64,000 nt of DNA from a virus (lineage: Duplodnaviria; Caudoviricetes), in IMG/VR virus record IMGVR_UViG_3300047160_036266, positions 224,001 to 288,000 of that record; one strand, 5' to 3'. The notes under the pieces were generated by a model. It searched no databases and was not told where the DNA came from. It was given only the letters and a program-made list of their open reading frames with translations. The stretch's first letter is position 1. Each line of letters opens with the position of its first letter. Positions 47,499 to 55,839 of this stretch are shown here, piece after piece. A program made the position numbers and the translations under genes.

Positions 47499-48017
47499 AT
47501 GAGCTACAAATGGCACGGCCTTATGCGCATTCTGGAAATCACCTGGCTGCGTGACGGCAAGATCATCTTTTACGACACCGACCTGCCCAACACGCTGCAC
47601 TTCTTGGGTGAAGCCTTCTGTTTGTCCGCCCTGTTCACCGGCGGCAACAACCCCAACACCTTCATCCCCGACAGCTACTACATGGGCCTCGACGCCCGGC
47701 CCACAATCAACGTCAATGACACCATGCAAAGCCTGGTCAATGAGCCGGTAGGGAACGGCTATGCCCGCCAACTGCTGAGTTCAAGCACCGGGTTTACTAT
47801 CGACGTGAGTGGGGGCTACCACCGGGCGGTTGGCAATATCATTACCTTCAACGCCAGTGGCGTTGGCTGGGGGCCAGTCACCAATATCTTCTTGACGGAC
47901 CAGGGTGATAACTCCGGCACACTTATTGCTTCCGCACCGTTGTCCACCCCGATCCAGGCGAATGCCGGCGATCAGATAAACATGCGCATGGGGATGTCCC
48001 TGCGCGACTGCCCTTAA
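47499..48017 (+). CDS. small virion/tail-fibre-associated protein (third paralogue)
   Basis: YYMGL..EPVGNGYARQ..IITFNASGVGWGPV. Confidence 0.65.
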   Translation: MSYKWHGLMRILEITWLRDGKIIFYDTDLPNTLHFLGEAFCLSALFTGGNNPNTFIPDSYYMGLDARPTINVNDTMQSLVNEPVGNGYARQLLSSSTGFTIDVSGGYHRAVGNIITFNASGVGWGPVTNIFLTDQGDNSGTLIASAPLSTPIQANAGDQINMRMGMSLRDCP

Positions 48018-48475
48018 CCATAGGCCAGGGTATCGAGGAGGACTTCCAGTTCCTTGATTTCCACAAAATGCAGGAGATTAAATATGCTCCGTCCCTTGCG
48101 GACCTTGGTGTACTGTTTGAATTGCATGTACCCGGACCCGCCATCCTTGATGTCGCGCAGCATTTTTGGGTTGGGAGCGGCACTTGGGATTTCCTCGCCC
48201 GTGGGCTTGATAGCAACCGCCACTTCGCCTTCCTGGGGCAAGTTCATCACATAACCGTCTTCGTAGTTGGTAATGGGCGTGGATACAGGTGCATTGCAAA
48301 TCCGGTATTTGCAGAATACTTCATTCGCCGGCTCTGTGGTCTTGCCCCGGTGGAACCAGACGGGCACGCTGACTCCCACCACTTCGACATCCCCGCCTTC
48401 GGCCAGCTTGTACCGCTCTTCCCTGGTGAGGAAAATATTGTGCAACACCGTGATGGTTATGTTGGGGTTTTTCAT
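48014..48475 (-). CDS. hypothetical protein
   Basis: start MKNPNITI overlaps the upstream stop (ATGA). Confidence 0.55.
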   Translation of the reverse strand: MKNPNITITVLHNIFLTREERYKLAEGGDVEVVGVSVPVWFHRGKTTEPANEVFCKYRICNAPVSTPITNYEDGYVMNLPQEGEVAVAIKPTGEEIPSAAPNPKMLRDIKDGGSGYMQFKQYTKVRKGRSIFNLLHFVEIKELEVLLDTLAYG

Positions 48476-49236
48476 AGGGACGCCTCGTAGAACGGGCAAA
48501 TCTGGTTGTAGTCGCAGCGCTGACAATGGAAGCCGACGTTGCCCCACACCGTTTCGGGCTTGGTGTCCTCGATGTCGTGATAAACCTGTTTCATCTCCTG
48601 CGCCGCTGCGTCCAGGGACTCCTGCGTGAACTTGGTGGAGATGAGTTCGCACCCTTCGAGATAAAACAGGGCGGCGCGAATGTCCTCGGCCTTGGCACCG
48701 AACTCCTTCTGCACGACCATCGCATAGACCCGGAGTTGAAGGTCGTCCACGATGCTGGTGGCGGTTTTGCGCCACGGGCCTTTCTTGGTCGTCTTGTAGT
48801 CGATAATGAAAAACTTGCCCCGGCGCTCGATCAGACGGTCGATGAAGCCCGTGATGTAGTGCTTGGTAGGTGGCTCCAGGTCGTAGTTGAAGGGCCACTC
48901 CAGCCTGCCGTCAAAGCCGATCTTTTCGGTGAGCTTCTTGATGCAGCGTAAGTGCTTGGGGAACTTGGAGTTGTACTCGCCCTGCATTTTGGGGGCGTGG
49001 ACGCCTTCTTTGAGAAGAATCCGCCCTTTCATCACGTCGGCGGCGACATCGGTAATTTGCCGTTTGCCGCCGGCACGCACATATTCTTCGGCTACCTTAT
49101 GGACGATATTGCCATAGGTAAGGTAGAATGGCGTTACCCCCTCTGGGATCACCTTCAGGTGGTAGCGGTATTTGTACTGCTGCTGACAAGTCTGCCAGAC
49201 GTTGGCCCTGGAGACGGAAATATGCTCTATGTTCAT
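48472..49236 (-). CDS. PD-(D/E)XK exonuclease, RecB/Cas4-like with Fe-S cysteines
   Basis: SVSR..TC..YKYRY, GFIDRL, IIDYKT, QLRVYA, HCQRCDYNQICP. Confidence 0.85.
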   Translation of the reverse strand: MNIEHISVSRANVWQTCQQQYKYRYHLKVIPEGVTPFYLTYGNIVHKVAEEYVRAGGKRQITDVAADVMKGRILLKEGVHAPKMQGEYNSKFPKHLRCIKKLTEKIGFDGRLEWPFNYDLEPPTKHYITGFIDRLIERRGKFFIIDYKTTKKGPWRKTATSIVDDLQLRVYAMVVQKEFGAKAEDIRAALFYLEGCELISTKFTQESLDAAAQEMKQVYHDIEDTKPETVWGNVGFHCQRCDYNQICPFYEASL

Positions 49237-49258
49237 CAGAACAACCTTGTGGTATAAT

Positions 49259-49322
49259 AGGCACGAGCGAGAAGATATTAGCCTGCGAGTGTCCGCAGGA
49301 GCTAGTTCGCTCGCTCGTGCTT
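49259..49322. promoter_or_regulatory. long imperfect inverted repeat between the divergent exonuclease and primase genes
   Basis: GCACGAGCGAG..CCTGCG-loop-CGCAGG..CTCGCTCGTGC flanked by opposing TATAAT boxes. Confidence 0.55.
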
Positions 49323-49365
49323 AGATATTATAAACCTCTTGGGAACCCAGAAAAAGGCGTGATTC

Positions 49366-50406
49366 ATGGCCGTCGATTTTCAGCGCTTTGTGGATTGGGC
49401 CGAAAGCCGCTTTGATGATGTGATCGTCAAGGGCGGGGAAGTGCGGCTTAACTCCATCTTCAGCGACGAGCCAGACTCCCACTTCCACCTATGGTGCAGC
49501 CCCTCCGGGGGCAAGAAGCACCGTGATAACGGCGTGTTCCACTGCTTCAAGACCGACCGCAAGGGCAGCCTTATCACCCTCGTCATGGAAGTGGACAAGT
49601 GCGACTATGACGAGGCCCTGGCGACCCTGCGGGGCGAAACGTCCTTGCGGGTGTTGGAAGAAAAACTGGAGGAGTATTTAACCCAGCAGGAGGCTGCACC
49701 CAAGGCTGAAACCAAACTGTTCCTGCCGCCGCACGCAGCGATTATCAGCGCGAACCCGAATGGCTGGTGGGAACGCAAGGCCAGGGAATATTTGAAAAAG
49801 CGAGCCATCCCGGCGGACGAGTATTATATTTGCACGGACGGGCAATATAAAGGCCGCATCATCATTCCCTACTACGACCGCACCGGGAAACTCATTTACT
49901 GGAATGCCCGTGCCACCCACCCCAAGGCCAGACTTCGCTACGTCGGGCCTCCCAAGGACGTGGGCGTGGGCAAGGAGGACGTGGTTTACATGGACCATTG
50001 GCCCCCGGAAGGGGCCACCGTCCATCTTTGTGAGGGTGAGTTCAATGCCAAGAGCCTAAGCCTGGCAGGATTGCATGGGGCTGCCTGCGGCGGCAAAAGC
50101 ATGAGCGCTAAGCAGGCGGTAATCCTCAAGGATTATGCAATCGTGATCTGCCTCGACCGGGATAAGCCAGGCTGGAAAGGTGCTGCCAGCATGAGTGAAA
50201 AGCTCAGTGCCATCTCGGTGCGGCTGGGATTGCAAGATCGCCTGCTGCTGGTCCGGCCTCCGATGGGTTATAAGGACTGGAATGAGATGCTGGTCAAGTT
50301 TGGACCGGAAATATTGGCGGCGTATGTCGCCCGCAGCGCTAAACCGCTGGAACAACATACGCCGTTAGGGAAGTCGAATCTGTTCTTCAACCTGCGCGAC
50401 GTGTGA
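49366..50406 (+). CDS. DNA primase (TOPRIM)
   Basis: FHCFKT, GRIIIPYYD.TGKLIYWNAR, CEGEFNA, CLDRD.PG, KDWNEML. Confidence 0.85.
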   Translation: MAVDFQRFVDWAESRFDDVIVKGGEVRLNSIFSDEPDSHFHLWCSPSGGKKHRDNGVFHCFKTDRKGSLITLVMEVDKCDYDEALATLRGETSLRVLEEKLEEYLTQQEAAPKAETKLFLPPHAAIISANPNGWWERKAREYLKKRAIPADEYYICTDGQYKGRIIIPYYDRTGKLIYWNARATHPKARLRYVGPPKDVGVGKEDVVYMDHWPPEGATVHLCEGEFNAKSLSLAGLHGAACGGKSMSAKQAVILKDYAIVICLDRDKPGWKGAASMSEKLSAISVRLGLQDRLLLVRPPMGYKDWNEMLVKFGPEILAAYVARSAKPLEQHTPLGKSNLFFNLRDV

Positions 50407-50877
50407 CTACACCATTCGGTAGCCCAGAGAGGCCAGAAAAGTTGTGGCCTGCTGGGCATTTAGCTGGCTGCCAACAGGATATTGTCTGGTAAAGTTTTGC
50501 AATGCCTGTTGTTGCTGCTGTGGCGTTACCTGTTGGTGCTGGCCAGGAGTAGTGCCGGCAGCCGGTGCAGCGGCAGGAGCAGGAGCAGGTGCGGCAGCCA
50601 CAGGTGCCCCGTTCGTTTCACCGAATAGGTTACGATCCACAAGCCATTCCTTGAACTTCTTCGGCTTGTCCTCGTGCTTATATTTTTCCTTCTTCTCCGG
50701 CTTCTTCTTGCTCTTGGAAGTGTCGCCAGGCTCCGGCTTATAATGAGGCTTGGCCTTCTTTTTGTTTTTCATGTACCAGGCCAGGGCGAACGGGTTGTCG
50801 ATGTCCTTGTGGCGCTTCATAGCCTTGGTGGTTCCAGACCAACCAGGCGGCGATACTTCGTCAAGTCTCTTGTCCAT
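50407..50877 (-). CDS. basic hypothetical protein
   Basis: PPGWSGTTKAMKRHKDIDNPFALAWYMKNK; internal KFKEWLV. Confidence 0.65.
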   Translation of the reverse strand: MDKRLDEVSPPGWSGTTKAMKRHKDIDNPFALAWYMKNKKKAKPHYKPEPGDTSKSKKKPEKKEKYKHEDKPKKFKEWLVDRNLFGETNGAPVAAAPAPAPAAAPAAGTTPGQHQQVTPQQQQQALQNFTRQYPVGSQLNAQQATTFLASLGYRMV

Positions 50878-50893
50878 TTTACTCCCCTAATGT

Positions 50894-51259
50894 ATGAACC
50901 TTACATACTTTGTCGGCAAAGCTTGTTCCGTATTTACGCACCCGGTCAACAGGAATTTTAACGAGAAACAGCTTCAGGACTATTTTGTTGGTCTGGTGGA
51001 ATCCGTTGATGCCAGGGGCGTTTGGACAACCCACCCCATCACGGGCTGCAAGAACTACTATCCGATGGAGAATATTATCGCCATCTGCGAGGAACAAGTT
51101 GTCCATGACCAGAAAATACTTGAGAAGTACAAGGAAGCCAAAAAGGAAGTCGAGGCACCGATAGCTACGCCAGGGGATACAACTTTCATCGACCATGAGA
51201 TGATGGTCCGGCTATCACAGCAGGCCAAGCAACTCAGTCGGAAGCCAGGCGCTTCTTGA
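50894..51259 (+). CDS. Sm/LSm-like fold protein (tentative)
   Basis: FVGKACSV..FVGLVESVDARGV..YYPMENIIAI. Confidence 0.45.
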   Translation: MNLTYFVGKACSVFTHPVNRNFNEKQLQDYFVGLVESVDARGVWTTHPITGCKNYYPMENIIAICEEQVVHDQKILEKYKEAKKEVEAPIATPGDTTFIDHEMMVRLSQQAKQLSRKPGAS

Positions 51260-53408
51260 AATATTCGTGACGCTGGGATAAGGGCAGATGGGCGTACTCA
51301 GATCGCAATATTGGTTTGCCGCCTTCGCGCAGGAGCTTCCGATAGCGAGCTATCAACTCGATTGATTCGGGGAACTTATCTAATTCTGGCATGAGGCCAC
51401 CAAGGTCGGCGTCGGGGTCCGAGTCCTTGTCACGGGTGCGGCCCGCAAAGAGCAACCTCTTTACTTTCTCGATCTCGCCCGCCTTCAAATCTCGCTTTAA
51501 CTCTTCCATTTCCGCTGCGTTAATGCGTCCTTCCCCAGCAAGGGTGTCGATTTGGCTTACTAACTCCTTTGGGTCATCTTCCGGCTTTTTCTTCTTGCCT
51601 CTCGACGGCCTCCGCTGGAAATGTCCTTCGATCTTCCTTTGCACCGATTCCTCGGTGTCACCCTCGTGTTCGATGCGGCTCAAGTGCGGGGCATGTTCGG
51701 ACATATATTCATCGTAGATGTCCGGGTAGTAGCGCTTGATGATCTCTATGCGAGGATCGCCCTTGCGTAGTACCTTGGGCAGCACAACCCGTAATTTGCC
51801 AGCGTTATGGCCCCGGCCCTCCTTACCTGCGTTCCCCTTGCGATTGAGATGGTCTTTTTCATCCTGCGGTAGTGACATCCAGGGGTGCCAAACGGCATCC
51901 AGTATTTCCCTTTGCTCATCGGTTAGGGTGTGGAGATGCCGCTTGCGCAAGTCCGTCAATGTTTTTATAACATGCGGTCGGTTAGCATCACTGAGAAGTT
52001 CCTTATAACGCTCGCTTCGGCCAGGAGCCGCCGTATGCTCTGGTCCTTCCGGGACCGGACCTGGCACACCTTCGTCCTCATGCTCCTCCTCGGCCTCCGG
52101 TTCCTCTGGCTCAATCGGCGGTGCGGCAGTTGGCTTTTCTGGCGTACCCTCCAGAGAATAGGGTTCCCCCTCCTGCGTTGGGGCGTGAGGTATCCGATTG
52201 TAGAGGGCGGCGGGACTTAACATGCTGCCGGCAGGATCGCTGGCCTTTACCCCGAACTTAACCTTGCCGCCCTTGGTTTCTCCGATGGCATCCCAATGGG
52301 CAAAGGCAGCCTTGACCCAGGCCCATACCCGGCGCTTGTGATCGAGGTCCGATTCGTCTTTCCCTTGTGAGGGTATGTCACCTGGCCACGGTGGGACCGG
52401 CCCTTGGGCCTTGTCCTTCTTCTTTTTTCCCGGTTTCTTGACTGGTGGTTCCTCTTCTTCCGCTTCCGCTTCCGCTTCCGCTTCCGGTGAAAAGGACGCA
52501 GGTGGGGCGTGTAGTCCGGCGGCGGGCACTGGCGGCAGGTTTTGCGGCATACTGGCCCGTCCTGAAGGTTTTAGGGTTCCTTCTTCATCCTCTGCCCCGC
52601 CATGACGGCCCATTTCCTCATGGGAGGCTGGCGATAAACCATCGCTGCGCCGTGCAGGCACGTCCGGTTCTTCGTCTGGCTCTTCTACTGGCGGTTCGCC
52701 TTCGGGCGCTGGAGCCGATGGCCTTTCTGGGGGCGGTTCTTCTTCTGGCGGTCCTTCGTCTGGCGGTGGCTCCTCCTCTGGTAGCTGTTCGGCATCGGGC
52801 CGCTGCTGCGTTGCTGGCGTGGGGTCCATGTAGTTGGCACCAATATTGACTGCATTCTGCATGGACCGCTGGAATTCCCTCTTTATGTCCTGAATATAGC
52901 GCATGATAGCTCTGGTGGCGTCATCACGCCAGTTGTCCAAGGCCCGATCAATTTGCAGTACGCCCTGCCCGGCCACCGCTGCTTCGAGGAGGGTGCTGAG
53001 TTCAGTAACAGTGCGGTATTCGGCAATTGAAAGCACCCGTTCCCCGGTCCACTCCGGCACGGTTTCTCCCCAGGCACCCAGCCGGTTGCGATAGTAATAA
53101 GGGTTGCTCGTTGCATCAGCCCCGTGCCACAGGTTTTTCCACCAGTTGGCAATGCGCGTGCCGATGCCACGTTGCGCCGTAACCCCGCCTGGTCCTTTTA
53201 GCTGGTTACTCAGGTCTTTGACTAATTTTTGTATCTCTCTAGGTAGTTCTTGCTCAATGCGGGCAAATTCGGCGTCCATATTTTGAACGAGATTATGGAG
53301 CGTTTGCTGAATAAGCGGACCAGCACCCCTGGCCGGTGGTGGTTCAGCCTGGGGCGCTGCTTGGCGGGCCTCGTTGGTCTTCTTCAGATAGGTGGCAAAA
53401 TCACGCAT
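51234..53408 (-). CDS. large disordered putative internal head protein
   Basis: MRDFATYLKKTNE start; long Pro/Glu-rich region. Confidence 0.7.
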   Translation of the reverse strand: MRDFATYLKKTNEARQAAPQAEPPPARGAGPLIQQTLHNLVQNMDAEFARIEQELPREIQKLVKDLSNQLKGPGGVTAQRGIGTRIANWWKNLWHGADATSNPYYYRNRLGAWGETVPEWTGERVLSIAEYRTVTELSTLLEAAVAGQGVLQIDRALDNWRDDATRAIMRYIQDIKREFQRSMQNAVNIGANYMDPTPATQQRPDAEQLPEEEPPPDEGPPEEEPPPERPSAPAPEGEPPVEEPDEEPDVPARRSDGLSPASHEEMGRHGGAEDEEGTLKPSGRASMPQNLPPVPAAGLHAPPASFSPEAEAEAEAEEEEPPVKKPGKKKKDKAQGPVPPWPGDIPSQGKDESDLDHKRRVWAWVKAAFAHWDAIGETKGGKVKFGVKASDPAGSMLSPAALYNRIPHAPTQEGEPYSLEGTPEKPTAAPPIEPEEPEAEEEHEDEGVPGPVPEGPEHTAAPGRSERYKELLSDANRPHVIKTLTDLRKRHLHTLTDEQREILDAVWHPWMSLPQDEKDHLNRKGNAGKEGRGHNAGKLRVVLPKVLRKGDPRIEIIKRYYPDIYDEYMSEHAPHLSRIEHEGDTEESVQRKIEGHFQRRPSRGKKKKPEDDPKELVSQIDTLAGEGRINAAEMEELKRDLKAGEIEKVKRLLFAGRTRDKDSDPDADLGGLMPELDKFPESIELIARYRKLLREGGKPILRSEYAHLPLSQRHEYFKKRLASD

Positions 53409-53445
53409 TTGACTCCTAAAGCTAAAGCTATATATTTGCTTCAGG

Positions 53446-53913
53446 CTATTTTGTTCGGGACGTGTCGGTGATAAACTCTCCGATTTTCTTCAGCGACATG
53501 AGGCAGGAGTCGAACTTGTGGAAGTCGCTGGAGAGGTATTCCAGTGTCAATTCGTCAAATTGTTTGGACTCGTCCTCGCTGGTGGCTTCAAAATATACGG
53601 CCTTGCCCTTGCGACCCACTACGCGAAATTTGTGCATGAGAAGGAAGGCGGCAGCGCCCAGGTCGGTAACGAACTTCTGGGCACGAGGTTCGCACACCGA
53701 TTCATCTATTTTTTTGAGTGACATCAGGCAGGAGTCAAAGCGGTGGAACTCACTGGACAGGTATTCCAGTTTCAAGTTATCGAACTCCGGTCCTTGCTGG
53801 TCATCGACCTCGAAGAATATTGACTTCCCCTGCCTGCCGATGACCTTGTGTTCGTGCATCAGGATATATGCTGCGGCCCCAAGGTCGGAGACACCTTTCT
53901 GCAACTTTTTCAT
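53446..53913 (-). CDS. protein with two tandem copies of a ~60-aa domain
   Basis: (S/T)DLGAAA(Y/F)(I/L)LMH..EYLSS(E/D)FH(R/K)FDSCLMSLKK occurs twice. Confidence 0.7.
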   Translation of the reverse strand: MKKLQKGVSDLGAAAYILMHEHKVIGRQGKSIFFEVDDQQGPEFDNLKLEYLSSEFHRFDSCLMSLKKIDESVCEPRAQKFVTDLGAAAFLLMHKFRVVGRKGKAVYFEATSEDESKQFDELTLEYLSSDFHKFDSCLMSLKKIGEFITDTSRTK

Positions 53914-53928
53914 CTACACCTTTCTTTC

Positions 53929-53965
53929 AATGCCCGGCAGTATGAGAGTGATACTGCCGGGCATT
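53929..53965. repeat. perfect 15-bp inverted repeat
   Basis: AATGCCCGGCAGTAT-gagagtg-ATACTGCCGGGCATT. Confidence 0.8.
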
Positions 53966-53976
53966 TGTGCTTCATA

Positions 53977-54573
53977 TCAGAATAACTTTTTGATCTTCTT
54001 GGCGAGGATGCTTGCGATCACCTGATCGGCGGTCTTATCGCTGACCAGTTTCTTCAAGGCACAGAAGACCTCCTTAACGTCCTTGTGCGATATATTCGTA
54101 GTCGCACCGTTGACCTGTAGGTTGCCGCCTGCCTCCCACTTGATGTCACACTTGGGGCATTTCGCCGCCAGGAGGTTAGTCAAACGGTCGGGGTTCGCCG
54201 TCTGGAATTCGGGGAAGACTTCCCCGATCTGGCACCACAACTGGTCGATGTTGTTCAGGAGCGGACAGCCGTTATCGACCATTCGATCCTTCTTGGCCCT
54301 GGCAGCGTAAATTGAATCGGCGCTGCCCATGCCCGCCTCGTCCATGTCCCTCTTGACGATCTCTTGTATTTCCTCCCTGGTGTAATTGTGGCCTTCGTGC
54401 CACTGCTGGAAGGGCTTGAGCTTTGTTTTCTCGCCCAGGATATGCTCCCCAGGTTCCTTCCGTCCCATCATTTCTTCTTGCTCGGCAAAGAGGTTCCTGG
54501 CGAAGCAATTGATCGCGTCGTCAATGAACGATGATTTGGTTTGTTCTTTGTCGTTGTTTATAGACTCATCCAT
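53977..54573 (-). CDS. hypothetical protein
   Basis: ORF in the actin-like operon; CPKC. Confidence 0.6.
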   Translation of the reverse strand: MDESINNDKEQTKSSFIDDAINCFARNLFAEQEEMMGRKEPGEHILGEKTKLKPFQQWHEGHNYTREEIQEIVKRDMDEAGMGSADSIYAARAKKDRMVDNGCPLLNNIDQLWCQIGEVFPEFQTANPDRLTNLLAAKCPKCDIKWEAGGNLQVNGATTNISHKDVKEVFCALKKLVSDKTADQVIASILAKKIKKLF

Positions 54574-54583
54574 TTTGTTCCTT

Positions 54584-55594
54584 TCACTTAACTGATGCTT
54601 CGGCAGCTATCAAGCAGCCACGGGACACGCTGAAAAGGGGATCGGCTGGCCGGATGATCTCCCCAATAGGAATGGGGAGCTTGGCCTGGGTTACGACATC
54701 CTTGAACAGTTGCCCGAACCCGTGAGGGCAAGACACGCCGCCGGCAATAACGATGTCTACCGGGGCGTCCGCCCGCACCTGTTTCGATTCCTTCGTCAGT
54801 CCTTCCTTTATGCCCCTGACCGTGTTCTCAATCATGATCCGGTACTGCGTCTGAATCGCCCGCTCAACAAGGCTGTTGGGGGCTTTGGCCAGGTCTACCT
54901 TCATTTTTTCTTTGTTGATGAAGGTTGGACTGTCGCCGGTGGCTTTGGCAGCCATCTTGTCAATCCAGTCGCCACTATGTACCAACGCGAATTTGAACAC
55001 GGGGTTGCCGAACATGGAGAAACACAGATTCACCATGCCGGCACCAAATGAAATCCCGATGCCTGTATAAGCCTTCTTGCCTAGTTCGGCGTATACCAAT
55101 GCCAGGCCCTCGTTGATCGGATGCGGGTCTACCGAAAAGCCGTTCTCGGCCTTGAAAGCCTTGAATATCGACTCCAGTATTTTCTGGTGGTAAATCGCGT
55201 CGGTTTCTTCGTTGATGGCGTTGGCGGGCACGCTGAAAAAGAGAACTTCCTTTTCTCGTTTTACACCTTCCAGCAGGCTATGGACCATGATGCTGAGAAT
55301 CTGGAAGGCGTCCCGTTCCTTGGGGTTGACACAACCCTGGTGCATGGGCCGTTTGAGGTCGAGGCTCGTCAACGTGTAAGCCATGTTGACTGCCGCTTCG
55401 CCCAGGGCGTAGCCCACGTCGGCGCGCTCTATGAGAGGCACGCCTGCGGTCTTCATCATGGTAAAGACGAAACGATCCTCCAGGGGTATTTCCAAGAAGG
55501 CGTTGACCTCACGCTTATGCACGAAGTTGCCCTTCTCATCCCTGTGGCAACAGACTAGGTTGTACGTTCCGGCATCGAATCCTACTGGCATCAT
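54584..55594 (-). CDS. actin-fold ATPase, volactin-like
   Basis: phosphate 1 VGFDAGTYN, PINEGLA, phosphate 2 GISFGAGMVN, GDWID, adenosine motif IVIAGGVS, LFSVSRG. Confidence 0.8.
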   Translation of the reverse strand: MMPVGFDAGTYNLVCCHRDEKGNFVHKREVNAFLEIPLEDRFVFTMMKTAGVPLIERADVGYALGEAAVNMAYTLTSLDLKRPMHQGCVNPKERDAFQILSIMVHSLLEGVKREKEVLFFSVPANAINEETDAIYHQKILESIFKAFKAENGFSVDPHPINEGLALVYAELGKKAYTGIGISFGAGMVNLCFSMFGNPVFKFALVHSGDWIDKMAAKATGDSPTFINKEKMKVDLAKAPNSLVERAIQTQYRIMIENTVRGIKEGLTKESKQVRADAPVDIVIAGGVSCPHGFGQLFKDVVTQAKLPIPIGEIIRPADPLFSVSRGCLIAAEASVK

Positions 55595-55809
55595 TCCTCC
55601 TGGTACTTACCGAACTTGATCTTGGACGAGGTAAAATCGGGTATCGCCCATTCTACCTTATCCTCTGGAGTTTCGGGGGAAACGGTCCTTGCCGCTACCT
55701 TCACTCCATCGGCGTTGAGGTTGATGTTCAGTTCCAAGACTATGGAAACGGTACACTCACCTTGCTGCGTCACAACCCGGACTTCATGGGGCTTGATAAG
55801 CTGTGGCAT
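55591..55809 (-). CDS. small hypothetical protein coupled to the actin-like gene
   Basis: ATGA overlap. Confidence 0.6.
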   Translation of the reverse strand: MPQLIKPHEVRVVTQQGECTVSIVLELNINLNADGVKVAARTVSPETPEDKVEWAIPDFTSSKIKFGKYQEE

Positions 55810-55839
55810 ATCAGCTATCTAGCCCGTAATTTCCCCGTT

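Noticed and set aside
48472-49236. Cas4-like gene as evidence of CRISPR-Cas
   Set aside because: Solo RecB/Cas4-family nucleases are common in phages; there is no array or other cas gene.
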